NCBI GenBank assembly: GCA_030324005.1
Contig: JARDVH010000073.1
Coordinates: 52,158,461 to 52,222,460 of the forward strand
Length of the DNA: 64,000 nucleotides
Origin: Negaprion brevirostris
Taxonomy: Eukaryota
Direction: 5' to 3'
The translations under genes and the position numbers were made by a program. The notes beneath the pieces were generated by a model. The model did not search any database. It saw only the letters and a program-made list of their open reading frames with translations, and was not told the DNA's origin. Positions 26,400 through 40,030 of this stretch are shown in pieces. The number at the start of each line of letters is the position of its first letter. The stretch's first letter is position 1.

Positions 26400-27910
26400 A
26401 TTTCCCTCAATGAATGAATAAACAAAGTGTCAGAATGAATAATGTTGGAAGGATATTAAAACGGTAACAATAGAGATTACAGCAGAAAACGTGGTTCAGT
26501 ACTACAATATCAAGGAAATAGTGTAAGAGGGAATAAAATCAAAAGCTTGAAAATGTTTTGAAATGGAAAATGGAAACAAAGTAGTAAATATTCTGAATTA
26601 ATATTTCCTCCAGGCATTAGTAAGGGGAACAGAAATCAAAGCTGGCTAATTACTAAATATATATGTGACGAAGTTAAAGTGAATTCAAAATAAGATCCTT
26701 ACAAATTGATTGCATTTATTAGAGAGACAAGGAAGAATTGAGAGATGAGCAATCAATGGGGTCACTAGACACTGCGCAAGTACCAGGAGATGGATGGTGA
26801 TCATATTTCAAAATGAACACACACTGGAGATAGGCAACTATTGCACTTTCTTTCCAGTCAGATAAATAGAAATTAATTATTAGGCTCTGTGTGGGTTTTC
26901 TGTATTGTAATAATTTGTTAATTAGCAGTCAGTATGAAATCTGAAGGAAGAACCTGCCAAACAAACTTTCTGCATCAAATTGAAGGATGACAACCCAAGT
27001 AGATGATGGGGAACTATACAACATTGTGTACCTCAACTTCTAAGAGGCGTTTGATAAAATTTCAAATGAGAGGCTAAAAATTTAAACTCAACTCTGCAGA
27101 AAATCATGGAAATGGATTTAACAAAAACAGGACAAAGGGTTGGAAAGGATGGCCGCTTCTTGGAAGTTAATTCAATGGTGAGGAAGAGGGTGACTAATTA
27201 ATGTTGGTGACAGAACAGTTTCTAAATCTACAGCCATAACCTGCATTCAAATTCAATGTAATTTGGTTACCAAAGAAAGCTCTTGCTTGTCTTCAAGTAA
27301 TGCCTTGGGATTTTTTACTGTTGCTACAAATAAATAGTACTACACAGTATAAAGAAACGTGGACAACCAATGTGATCCATGAAATTGTACTAAATTAGCC
27401 AAAGTCAATTAAAAGAAACCCTGAAACTGACATAGTCAAAATAATGTTGACTTTCAGTGCTGCAGCAAGGGAATATAGGTCAGAAAAAGTTGTGATCAAA
27501 GTGCACAGGGATCAGACTATACTTGAATAGTGTTGAATATTTGTCACTAAAAATTGAGAAATTTCATAGTAGGAACCCAGAAGAAGGACCACGAATATCA
27601 GAGCTACATTGGCAATCTTTCAGCTTGGAAAGGCAACTTTGGAAAGGCTGATTGCAGAGGTATCCAAGAAAATTGAAATACTACTTCAAATTTGGAGAGA
27701 AGTACATGGGAGCATATGTCCAAACTGATAAAGGGCATCTTCTTTGTCAAATGAGAAATAGCTTAGAGATTATACAAAGCAAAAGCCCAGCAACTATTTA
27801 ATAAACCATTGGATATTGGAACATGGGGATGAGAGAGGCTGGTAGAGGGATACAGCTGGAGAAATTCCTGGATAAGTCAAATGGCTTTCTTCATCGAGGA
27901 TTATCTTGTG
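26400..27910 (+). mobile_element. Old, heavily decayed CR1 LINE
   Basis: Degenerate 'IVYLNF*EAFDKISNERL' at ~27020-27075, with further CR1 ORF2 remnants downstream. Confidence 0.6.
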
Positions 27911-28070
27911 AATTTTCAACAGCGATGTTTCAAAGCTTCCATGTTTTGCCTCCCTCAGCTCACTCACACTGAAGGATTACAAACCCCCCATCTTTTGCGC
28001 CCCCCGCCAAAGAAAAGCAGTATATTTAGCATGGACTCTGTGGCCAAACGGGCCATCTAAAATGGCATTT

Positions 28071-28875
28071 TGTAAAGCACTCTGGGACAATTGGGCAAGA
28101 AACTCAACCAACAGGCTGCAGTTTAAAGACAGAGACAGACAGGCTGCAAGCCTGACGAGTGAATAAACAGGATATGGGTCATCTCCAGGATTAAAGACGC
28201 TTTATAGTCACACTGGGTTGTTTCCTCTCCTGGATGAAAGAGAGCTTCTGGCCACACTGGGTTGTGTACCAGACATAAGTGCACCATGAACCCTTATTTA
28301 GGAGGGAGGTATGTGACCTATGTGCCTCCAGCACCTACAGACATGGCCGTTGGGGACACACCCAGAGATCAGTGTGGTAGCACCTGATTGGACTCTTATC
28401 GATCAGGGGGATCAAGTCCTGATCAATTGATTGGCAATGGCCAAAAGTGACGTGAAACCAAATGGGGTATAAAGGGTACTGCGCAACCAGGAATCACTCT
28501 CTCTGTCTGACCCCTCGAACAAGCTACAACAATGATGACCATCGCCAGCGACAACCAGCATGAGGAGAGCCACCACACCCAAGAAGGAAGGAAGAAAGAC
28601 CAGAGCCAGAGTGCCAGACCAGACCAAAGGACCAGACTATGCAGACAACTACTGAGACCAGCACACAGATAAAGGCCAATATCTGCTTGGGTACTTGCCA
28701 GTCACACAAAGTTAAATCAAGGTCTTGTATTGGACTTGAATACTAGTATTTTCTGTCAGATAACTTATTGTTGGTCGGGTGGGTGATTATTGATTGTGTG
28801 GGGTTAAATAAATATTGGTTGCACTAATAAGACATCTACTCGTAGTTACTTGTCCACCGTTTAAGGGTTAAAACA
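28071..28875 (+). mobile_element. Solo LTR
   Basis: TGTAA...AAAACA termini, TATA box (gggtataaa, ~28465), polyA signal (aataaa, ~28807) and GC-richer composition. No clean TSD seen. Confidence 0.6.
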
Positions 28876-29859
28876 GATTGTGTGATAGGCAACAACTCAG
28901 TTCAGATTTAGAATTGTGACTAAATTACTGATCAGTGGAACAGTATGCTACCTGTATAAATAGTTGTAACTGGAAACTTCTTTCACTGTTTCCCAGATTA
29001 AGAGAAGTAGAAATCCAAAATTTGAATCATGCTGATTCAAACCAGCATTGCAAGATAAAATGAGAAGACACCTTTTGGTTTCCCATACTATTTTGTAGAG
29101 TGAAGCAATTAATCCCCTTTCTCTAGTTTCTCCCCCATAAACTCTGGGACATTTCTTCCTTCAACGTATTGGTCACTTCCAAATGTTACAATTAAATTCT
29201 CTCTCAACATTTGCAGGCAGTGGTTTCCAGATTACAACACTTCGCTATGTAAAAGAATATTGGCTTTGCAAATCATCTTAAGCCAGTAGTTATTGGCCAG
29301 TCAGTATTGGGTTTTGATAGACAAATTGTTTCCTTCATAACTAAAAGTTTGAATCCCCCATATTAAAGAGTACTTTAAAAAAAACACACCTTACCTNNNN
29401 NNNNNNNNNNNNNNNNNNNNNNNNNNNNNNNNNNNNNNNNNNNNNNNNNNNNNNNNNNNNNNNNNNNNNNNNNNNNNNNNNNNNNNNNNNNNNNNNNNNN
29501 NNNNNNNNNNNNNNNNNNNNNNNNNNNNNNCTCTATTCTTAGTGATCTACTACTTTATTGCTTCATAACTTAAAAACACTATCACGGTGAGTGGCATCAA
29601 TCTGTAATTTCATTGGCTGATCATACGTGTGTTGAAATGTTTAAAAACAAGACACTGACTTAAGGTGGTTGCCACGTCACCTGATATTTCATTGCAAGTT
29701 GAACAGTTTCTGGAAAGTTATTATTTAAGTTACAATTCAGACATGCCACAATTTATGAAGTATTTTGTTACAGCATAGAAGCTGCTAAAACAGTAATAGT
29801 TCTGGAAATGTTACAAATGAAGCCTGGCAACCTCCCTTCTCTCCCAAGTAAAGGCCCTA

Positions 29860-30165
29860 AGTTTAAGTTTATTTATTAATGCCACAAGTAGGTTTACATT
29901 AACATTGTAATGAAGTTACTATGAAAATCCCCCAGTTGCCACACTCTCGTGCCTGTTTGGGTACACTGAGGGAGAATTTAGTATGGTCAATGCACCTAAC
30001 CAGCACGTCTTTCGGACTGTGGGGGGAAACCAGAGCACCCGGAGGAAACCCATACAGACATTTGGGAAGAATGTACAGACCCTGCACAGACAGCCACCCA
30101 ACCCAGGAATCAAACTTGGGTCCCTGGCGCTGTGAGATAGCAGTGCTTGCCACTCTGCCACTCTT
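29860..30165 (-). mobile_element. HE1-like SINE
   Basis: Head tggcagagtggcaagcactgctatctcacagcgccagggaccc on the minus strand; conserved body. Confidence 0.8.
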
Positions 30166-31039
30166 ACTGTTTAAAAAATCCAGCATGGAGATAGAGAGAC
30201 TTTTAAATTGAAAGGAACATCAGATGCAAAAATCTTCTGGAAAAGACATATGAAGTTTTAGGAGAAGACTCTAATCCTGACAATCTGAGCTGCATTTGAC
30301 CCTATGTTTGATGGATGAATTTGACCAATCCATTTGTACTGTGATGTTTCCCTTTTCATTTGTCCCATCCCCCTATCCCACATACCCTTCATGAATGCAA
30401 TTACTGCATTAGCTCTATTTACATTTGAGAATCTATATTGATATTTAATATTCAGTGCATATTATTTGGGTAATATATTAAATGCAAGTTTGAATTTAAT
30501 CTGCTTGCCCTTATAACATTTCCACTACAAAATGAATCTGTTAGTTGATTCTGTACACCAATGGCAGTTTACAGTGTCTTTCCATCCCAAAATACAACAT
30601 TTACCAGACATTATGCAATTTGCAGCAAGGACAAAACCTGAAATGCTGAAGCCACAGAATATTTTATAACTTCCTTTACAATCCATAGGTGCAATTATTC
30701 CCATCCCTACCTTGAATGCAAGGGGATTTTCTGGTTAATAACTTCAGTCAATCACACATTTGCTATCACCAGATTTACAATAACAGTCTTGCCTTGTTCA
30801 ATCACCAGAGGAAGAAAGGATTTGAATTCCTACATCGCATTTGGTTTTACCCAATCAAGTTCTGTTGACCTGCAGTCACTGTTGGAATGTAGGAACTCAG
30901 TCAATTTGCACACAGCAAATTTTCACAAAATTGACCGGATCATTTGCTTTCAGTGGTGTTGATAGAGGTAAACATTGGCCAGGTTACCAGAGAGAACTCT
31001 GCCGCTTTCCTTCAAATAGTGCTTTGGAATTTCTCCTTT

Positions 31040-31540
31040 CAGATTAAGCAGTAATTCACTTGCACTTCCTCCAAGTCACTGATCCCAATGTGGTCTCCTC
31101 TATATATGCAGACTGGATGACCACTTTGCAGAACACCTTCGCCCAATTGCAAGTATGACACCAACCTTCCTGTTAGGTACCATTTTAATTCAACACCTTG
31201 CTCTCCTCTGCACATGTCCATCCTTGGTCTGCTGCAATGTTCCAGCGAAGCCTGGCAAAGAGAAGCAACAACTCATCTTCTGGTTGGGTACATTGCAGCC
31301 CTCAATATTGACCTTGGCAACTTTAGATTTTGACCTCTCTCGTCCATCTTAGAACCTCTTCCCTTTTTAAAAATAGTTCTATAAGTTTATTGGCTCAATG
31401 CAAAACAGCCCCCTCCCCTTTGGCTACCTGTCTTTTGTTCTTAAAGTTGAGTCTCTATATTCTCCCTCCTTCCAGTTCCGACAAAGACTTTATGACTCAG
31501 CACCTGCTGAGTTTTTCCAGTGCCCTCCGTGCTTGCTTTG
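31040..31540 (+). mobile_element. Penelope-like element 3' remnant
   Basis: Degenerate GIY-YIG region (FTCTSS..CGLLY..DHFAEH, EKQQLIFWLGTLQP) followed by a terminal-repeat motif. Confidence 0.7.
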
Positions 31541-31894
31541 GAATCTTTTTCCATCCATTCAAGGCAACAAGCAGAACCTTGGTCTCCCATTGCATCCAAA
31601 AGTTGGCACCTCTGATGGTGCAGCATTCCCATCGTGGTCCATGTTTTTAGATTCTGGCTTGGCAGGGTTGACAGTGATTCCCCAGATAGAATAGGAGAGA
31701 TAAAGAGTGGTGACAAGAGACACATTAGACCCTTGGTCTGCTCTTCAGAAATCAGCACTATGACATTAGCGCACGCACACACAGCCCAATTACTTCACTG
31801 GATCATTTACCCTTCTTCAAATAAAAAGGGACAGGTTTATGACTTGCATCTGATTTGCTGGAGGTGGTGGAGGTTGTAGTAAACACACAGATGC

Positions 31895-32820
31895 TGTGAC
31901 AATCTGTGTTCTAGGCCCAACAATCTTCAGCTGCTTCATCAATGATCTTCCTTCCAACACAATTCCAGAACTGGGGGTGTCCACTGAGGACTACACAATG
32001 TTCGGGATCATTCATGTCTCCTCAGATACTAAAGCAGTCCATGTGAAAATGCAGCAAGCCCAGGACAATGTCCAGGCTTGAGCTGACAAGCGGCAAGCAA
32101 CATTCATGCCACGCAAGTGTAAGGTAATGAGCACCTCCAACAAGAGGGGATCTGACCATCGTCTTTTGACATTCAATGCCATTACCATCGCTGAATTCCA
32201 AGCTAACATCCTGGAGGTTACCATTGACCAGAAACTGAACTGGCCATATAAATACTGTGGCTCCCAGTGCAAGTCAAATGCTAGAATTCCTGCAGTGAGT
32301 AATTATCTCCTGAAAACGCCCTGCCTGACCATCATCTACAAGGCACAAATTAGGATTCCACTTGCCTGGATGAGTGCAACGCTCAAGAAGCTCAACACCA
32401 TCCAGGACAAAGCAGCCCACTTGATTGCTATTCCATGCACAAACATTCGATCCTTCTACCAATGATGAACAATGGCAGCAATATGTTATCTACAAGATGC
32501 ACTGCAGGAAGGGTCCTTAGGCAACATCTCCCAACCCATGACCACTACCATCTAGAAGGACAATAGCAGCAGATACCTGGGACGTCATCACCTGGAGGTT
32601 TCCCTCTAAGTCACTCACCATCCAGACTTGGAAGTGTATCGCCATTCCTTCATTGAAGCTGGGTCAAAATCCTGGAACTTCCTCCCGAACAGCATTGTGG
32701 GTGCACCTATGTGTCAGGGGCTGCTGCGGTTCAGGAAGGTAGCGCAGCACCACCTTCTCAGGGTCAACATATGCTGGTCTGTTCAACAACACTCACATCC
32801 TATAAATCAATTTCTAAAAT
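31895..32820 (+). mobile_element. L2 LINE 3' fragment
   Basis: LGPTIFSCFINDLPS; ILEVTIDQKLNW; IYKAQIR; LNTIQDKAAHLI. Confidence 0.85.
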
Positions 32821-33118
32821 GGCTTAGCTTCTGCTACATCTGCAAGTTGAGTGGCAGTCAGATCTGAGCTTGGTTGCTAGCATTTCGTTTATTCTTAATG
32901 TACTGCGACCATATAACATGCCCACTGCCTTTACAAGTCAGCAAATAACCCAGTGTTATGAAAAGATCAGCTGGAAAATAAACCTGTGCATCTGCACTTC
33001 CATTAACAAAGCACTCATACAATTTAAAATCACCCCCTCACATTAGTTTGCCCAGGTTGTCCATTAGACATTTGGGTGCTCATTTTTCCTGAACTGCCCA
33101 TGTCCATTTTTTTTATTG

Positions 33119-33270
33119 TAAGAAGTCTCACAACACCAGGTTAAAGTCCAACAGGTTTATTTGGTANNNNNNNNNNCCTTCATCAGGTGAGTGGGATCCC
33201 AACTTTAACCTGGTGTTGTGAGACTTCTTACTGTGTTTACCCCAGTTCAACACCAGCATCTCCACATCAT
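33119..33270. mobile_element. Penelope-type non-autonomous hairpin element with a 29-bp perfect inverted repeat
   Basis: taagaagtctcacaacaccaggttaaagt (33119-33147) is the exact reverse complement of 33202-33230; minus-strand CTGATGA at 33180-33186. Confidence 0.65.
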
Positions 33271-33664
33271 TTTTTTTCAATGGCATGATATTAAACATGG
33301 CAAAATTGGAGACATACTTCTGAAAATCCAGATACATTGCGAGCTTTCAATTTATTTCTTTTACTGCTGAGAAGTGCTTTTCTGAAAAAGTGATAAAAAC
33401 TACATGTGTTTCAAAACATCAAGTGATTGACAATCTGAGTTTTAAAGTGACTTCAACCACAGAACTTCATTCTTTCCCACACTGTTCACAGTCATACACT
33501 CAAGAGATCAGAAGGAGGCCAGAGTATTTGGACCACCTCTTGAAAATGCTTCCTAAATGATCTTCCTCTCATCTGATTTCCCCATGACCTGGCAATGTTT
33601 CTTTTTCCTTTCATTTTCAATAATTCCCCTTTGGAAAGTTCCTATTAAATCTATTTCTGCAACC

Positions 33665-35200
33665 TGTAGTAGTTGGGTCTGGTACATAAAGGGTTAATAT
33701 GGGACTAAGTACAGTACTGCCCATACAGTGATGCAAGACATGTGACCCAGGGTCAGTAGGGATGGGTAAAATGCATGGTTTGGAGTCAGCTTCATACCTG
33801 TAACCTCTGCTGTAAATATGCATATAGTTATGAGGTGTTAATAAAGTCTTGCTGCTAATATATTCAAGAGTCTGAAGCCTACTGCATGGCAGGATTCTTC
33901 ATGTAGGACCATCCAGATCAAAAAAGACTTAACTTCACAAGAATGCTGAGAAACTATGGAAAAGGACATCTTCAACAGATTCTACACTGGTCATAACTTC
34001 CTACTGAAGCTGCAGAATTGGAGAAAGCTGACCAGAAAAAAAAAGCTTCATAAACAGAAGAGACTGGAAGCAAAAGAAAAGGTAAAAGTTCTGCTCAAGC
34101 AAAGGCTCCATTGCACCTGCTATGGAAGTCCAGTTTCAGCAATCAGAACTCACACCGTACAAAGGCAAGATAAATTTCTTTAAATTCTAACTAGCCCTGA
34201 GGTCAGTCAGAAGCACCGTTTGAAAGCAACCCATTGGCAATCCCAATCCCAGACTCAGTCTCAGCTAGTGGTTCCTGAGTCCAACAAAAAAAAAAATAAT
34301 TTTGTCCATCACAGCCATCCAAGTTCAAAAAACAGCAAGCATGTGGTCCAAGAGTCCTGACTTACAACATGCATGATACCACTGAACAAATCAATGACAT
34401 ACACTGCCATTGCAGTGCCTTCTTCAGGCAGAAGCATGCCTCTGCCATTGAAAAGCTTGCCAAAAACCAGCAGGATCCCTTGTTCAACAGAGACTTGAAA
34501 TGCCATCTTGGAAGTGTGGAATCTCTTAAAACTGTACCAACACTTTTAAGATCATCAAAAGTGGATTGCAATTCCATACTTCCAATTCTACTGGGATTCA
34601 GCCATGGTTCTGCCAAAAACAGAATTGGAGTCTTTGGAGAAGTAGACTTTGAGACAGTGCTGTTGCAGATCACAACAGAACAAGTTAGTGCACTTCTTTA
34701 CTCGATTGGGTCAATAACAGATGACACTATTATCTGTCAACCTATTGATAAATCATCTGCCAAATTTGATGTTTTCTGACTGCCATTTCAACTTGAGATC
34801 CAATAAAATGCTGCAGAGCTAAATTTAATCAAAGTGTTCAGTTCTTTGAGGAACCTACTTATTCCTTCATTAGTGACGTCTATAGGGTTTCAGATTTCAG
34901 ATCTGAGCCCATCCAAGGCAGAATCATGGTGGATGTCACAGACGATTCACTCGGACCTCCCACAAACTAAAGGTGGTCTTTCTCACAACAAGGCAGTCCA
35001 GCTATTTAGACTGTCTGACCTACATAAACAACACAGGACCACCCTAAGGGGAGAGAGAGCATTTGCAGAAACCAACCCTCAGTCCACCACATCGAGTCAC
35101 TAAATGCAGGGACCACCAAGTTAGGGAAAGCAACCCTGAACTGCCCGTGTAGAGTGACCTTGCCAGCTCTGCAGTGCAAAATGCCCTCACAGGAGAAATC
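33665..35200 (+). mobile_element. Decayed Gypsy/Ty3 LTR retrotransposon (5' LTR, PBS, gag remnant)
   Basis: TGTAG...TGCA LTR (33665-33886) with aataaa, immediately followed by TGG (PBS-like). Gag-like EQVSALLYSIGS..DD and degenerate 'HFNLRSN..RAKFNQ' downstream. Confidence 0.7.
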
Positions 35201-37409
35201 AGTGTCGCGTGAGTACAGCACAATGCCTCCACTTACAGACAGGGATATTCTAGTGAACTGTGCAAGTCATAGCCCCCAGCACCAAAACAGACATCCTAAA
35301 GATATCCACAAGGTAGAAACCAAAGACCCCACAACCATTATTCTCATGGGGAGTTCAGAGAATGTGGTTTGGAATGGTGATATCCTGGTAAACTCATGGC
35401 ACAAAAAGAATGGAATGACAGACACTCCATTGTATGGAGTTGGGCAGTTGGGGGGGGCAACACCATCCGGGGGGGGGCAACACCCTCCCCCCCCCCCCCC
35501 CCGTCCTCAGCATGATCCTTGACCCACGAAGATATGGGGATAAACAAATCTTTGAACTGAGGTATGACATCTGGAATCAGCCTCTCTATTGAACAATGAT
35601 GTATGCACAGCCCTCAATCTTCTCTAACCAGCAGAGGGTATCAAAACTATTATTGTTGTTAGCCAGCCAGAAAAACACAGTACTGTGTCCACAAACACTG
35701 AAGAGAAATCAAACCGATTTCACCTGCAATCTCTCTTCTCTTTTTGTGGAACAGGCTTGCCGATCATCGATTTAGGTCCTGGAAAGTCCCCAATGGTTAG
35801 ACCAACCCACTGTACGGGAAGTTAGCATAGCACCTCTGACGGAAATGNNNNNNNNNNNNNNNNNNNNNNNNNNNNNNNNNNNNNNNNNNNNNNNNNNNNN
35901 NNNNNNNNNNNNNNNNNNNNNNNNNNNNNNNNNNNNNNNNNNNNNNNNNNNNNNNNNNNNNNNNNNNNNNNNNNNNNNNNNNNNNNNNNNNNNNNNNNNN
36001 NNNNNNNNNNNNNNNNNNNNNNNNNNNNNNNNNNNNNNNNNNNNNNNNNNNNNNNNNNNNNNNNNNNNNNNNNNNNNNNNNNNNNNNNNNNNNNNNNNNN
36101 NNNNNNNNNNNNNNNNNNNNNNNNNNNNNNNNNNNNNNNNNNNNNNNNNNNNNNNNNNNNNNNNNNNNNNNNNNNNNNNNNNNNNNNNNNNNNNNNNNNN
36201 NNNNNNNNNNNNNNNNNNNNNNNNNNNNNNNNNNNNNNNNNNNNNNNNNNNNNNNNNNNNNNNNNNNNNNNNNNNNNNNNNNNNNNNNNNNNNNNNNNNN
36301 NNNNNNNNNNNNNNNNNNNNNNNNNNNNNNNNNNNNNNNNNNNNNNNNNNNNNNNNNNNNNNNNNNNNNNNNNNNNNNNNNNNNNNNNNNNNNNNNNNNN
36401 NNNNNNNNNNNNNNNNNNNNNNNNNNNNNNNNNNNNNNNNNNNNNNNNNNNNNNNNNNNNNNNNNNNNNNNNNNNNNNNNNNNNNNNNNNNNNNNNNNNN
36501 NNNNNNNNNNNNNNNNNNNNNNNNNNNNNNTTCATAGTCTATCTTTCCTTTCTTTATCACCTTCTTAGTCATTCTTTGTTGATTTTTAAATTTTTCCCAA
36601 TCTTCTACAGAGATGCTAATGTCCCTTAACTCTCTGAAACTTAATGGATACAACATTAATCATCTCAAAGATCCAAACCATTAATTTATATCTTTTATCC
36701 AAACAAAGGGAAAGGGATGGAAGTAACGATTCCCGTGAAAAAAAGGATAACAAGGCAGTCTGCCATTCTTAATCAACAATTCAGCAGCAGAAACAATGTT
36801 CTGCCCAGGTTTAAGTTGTCTGACGCCTGTCTACACTGTTTGCTATTGCATTGGGTGAATCAAGCCATTCAGCCGAATGAATCTGCACTGACTCTCTGAA
36901 AGAACATTATTCTTAACCCTACTGCAGCATCTATTCATTCCTTTGAACAGACAAGGACAGCACTGATATGAATTTTAAAATGAATTTCTTTCATTGAACA
37001 GAATAGAAAATTAAATTACAAAAGTGATAAGGGAAAAGCAAAATGAACATGGAGAGGCTGGCTTTTACTACCAGCCCCTGCACAGAAGCACACTGAAATC
37101 AAAATCAAGCTGCCAGCTGAACACAATTCCAAACTATGTTTTAATTCTTCTATTATTGAGCTTGTCCCTCACAGTCTGTCTCTGTCGAGACAAAACAAGT
37201 TTTGCAGCTGATGTTATCAAAATTTGTTTTGCTTACTCTGTACTTCTCAGGGATACAGTCAATTTTCAGCTAATCCAGATGCCTTCCGAATTTTAAAATG
37301 TAGTCAGGTGTTAGGTAATCCCTACAATTTAGCATTTAAATGTAATTGCATAGGCCGAAGTCTTTGTATAGATGAAGTTTTTGCACAGACTGAAGCAAAC
37401 AGGGCTAAG

Positions 37410-37910
37410 CATAAATGGGACCTCTCACCTGCCTTATCCCTGTAACATTACACCTCTTTCCAGATCATAATCCATTCCATTTTGGAAACTTTGATCGAAC
37501 GAGTCTCCATCACCCTCAGATAATCCACCACCCTCTAGGTGAATTTCCACCACTCTGTTTCTTCCCCACCCTCCCACCCCATGCCTCTTGCCTATTATTT
37601 TGATTCCATGTCATGTTAATGTAGTCGTAGGAGACAAGTTTCTCATTACTTATCCTGTCCATGCCCCTCAGGAACTGGAATACCTCTATCAAGTCTCCTC
37701 TCAACCTTCTTTTCTCCAAGGAAAACAGTCCCAACCTCTCCAATCTATCTCATAGCTACAGTTCCTTATCCCTTGGATCATTCTTGTGAATCTCCTCTGT
37801 ACCCTCTCCAATTCCTTCACATCCTTCCCCTTGTATGCCACCCAGAACTAGACACAATGCTTCAGACAAGGCCTGACTACTGCCTTATANNNNNNNNNNC
37901 CTTGCTGTTG
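37410..37910 (-). mobile_element. CR1 LINE 3' fragment
   Basis: ERLGLFSLEKRRLRGDLIEVF. Confidence 0.85.
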
Positions 37911-38664
37911 TACTCAATTACATAGTGCTGTAAGAAGGCACATGACCCAGAATCACGGTCAGTCCTTGACTGACCCAAAGTTAGTGAGCTAATCTATTGT
38001 GACCAAGTATCCATCCAGTAACTTCAGCACACAAATTGCAACTGATAAAAAAACATTTAATGACCCAAAATATTTTTATCACCCATGGTTCAGGATAAAA
38101 ACCCTAGAAGTCTAAAGGATAAGAAAACGTTCTATTGCCAGGAAGTTGTATATTGTTTTTCAGAGTACCAGAAGACTGTGAACAGGGCAGTATATGAAGA
38201 ACCACAATGGGTTACTGAGATAAGTGAAGGTGTGGGATTGAAACAGCCTTTTATCGTTCCTTACAGATTTTGGCCAATTAGTCCTTTCCTTTTAAGGCCT
38301 ATTGTGCAAGGAGACTGATTTCATCCTGTTTCCCTCAAGTATTTAAGTTCTTAATCCATGTTGGGATTGTTCTAAAACAGCATTGTCCAACAAATATTGA
38401 CCTGCACACTGACTTGAACTGCAATGAGCCAGATAGTTAAGAGACCATTATAGCTGCACAAAAGGAGATTTACCACACAGCAGGAGGAGGAATTAAAGTC
38501 TCACATTTTTGATCTTAAACCACTGACTCCACTGCTGAAACACTGGATTGCTCAAATCATGCAGCAGCGCCAGGATTCTTGGCTCAATCTGTCTACAATT
38601 AGCAGATCTTAGTTGTCATTTAATCTCTCCAGTCATCTACCCAATCAAACCTTTCCTTTTATAT

Positions 38665-40030
38665 AATAAAGGGGGAAATGCTGGAAGAACACAACAGGTC
38701 TGGTGGCATATGTGGAGAGAGAAGTAGTTAACGTTTCAAACCGTATGACTCTTCTTCAGAGCTGAGAGAATTAGAAATGCAATGGGTTTCACATTGTTGG
38801 AGAGGGGTCAGGGATATGTGGGGAGGAGAGCCATGGACACAAGACTAAAGATGTGCTAACGGTGCTGTAGAAGGCCAAGAATGGTGCTAATACCAGCCTA
38901 AANNNNNNNNNNNNNNNNNNNNNNNNNNNNNNNNNNNACCCCCCGAAAGCAAAACGTACAAACAAGTCAGAGTGGCCCTTTGGTGCTGGAGAAAAAAAAA
39001 ATCAAAATGCAGGACAAAGTTCATGGTCTAAAGTTGTTGAACTTAATGTTGACTTTAGAAGATTGTAAAGTTCCTAAACGAAGGGTTGTTCCTCTAGTTT
39101 GTGCCGGGCTTCACTGGAGCATGGCGAATTGAAGTAGCAAGTGACAGGAAGGTTGGGTCATTCTTATGGACTAAACAAAGATGTTCCTCAAAGCCATCAC
39201 CCAGTCTGTATTTAGCCTCCTCAATGTAGAGGAGACCATATTGGGAGCAATGAATACTGTAGAAGGAAATGCAAGTGAAACACTGCTTAACCTGAACGGA
39301 GTGTTCAGGGCTTTGGAAACAAGGAGGGAGGAGGTAAAGGGGAGGTGTTACATTTCCTGTGATTGTATGGGAAGGGGATGAAGGATTGTGAGTGCTGAGG
39401 GAGTGGACCAAGAGGCCACAGAAAGAATGGTCCCTGTGAGATACTTATGTGGAGGGTGGCAGGGGTGGGGGTGGGGGTGGGGAGGGTGCTGGAATGATAT
39501 GTTTGGTGCTGGCATTATTCAGGAGTTGGCAGAAATGGCAAGAGGATGGTCCATTGAATGCAGAAGCTAATGGTATGGAAAGAGAGGACAAGAACCCTAA
39601 CATGGTTCTGGGAGGGAGATGAAGGGGCGAGGGCAGAAGATGGGTCAGACACAATTGAGGGTTCGGTCAACCACAGGTTGGGATGGGGGAGGAGAAAGAG
39701 ACCCCCACTCAGTAAAGAGGACATGTCAGAAGCACCATAGGAACACTTTTTATTATTNNNNNNNNNNNNNNNNNNNNNNNNNNNNNNNNNNNNNNNNNNN
39801 NNNNNNNNNNNNNNNNNNNNNNNNNNNNNNNNNNNNNNNNNNNNNNNNNNNNNNNNNATTTTCTCACCTATCCACCTCCCTCCTTCATTGGCATTTCACA
39901 TTTTTCCCAGTCCTGATGAAAGGTCACAAACCTGGATTGTTAATTTTTTAAAATCTCTTTACAGTTGCTTCCTGACCTGAATATTTCCAGATTTTTAAAT
40001 ATCGGATTTCCCAGCATACACAGTATTTTG
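38665..40030 (-). mobile_element. Penelope-like element with GIY-YIG remnant and inverted terminal repeats
   Basis: ORF 39094..39411 reads VQVKQCFTCIS..IHCSQYGLLYIEEAKYRLGDGFEEHL. The terminal repeat lies on the minus strand at 38665-38770 and in opposite orientation at ~39880-40030. Confidence 0.8.

Noticed and set aside
35445-35505. G-runs followed by a C-run (potential G4 or hairpin)
   Set aside because: Low-complexity homopolymers next to decayed repeat sequence, prone to sequencing error, with no supporting context.
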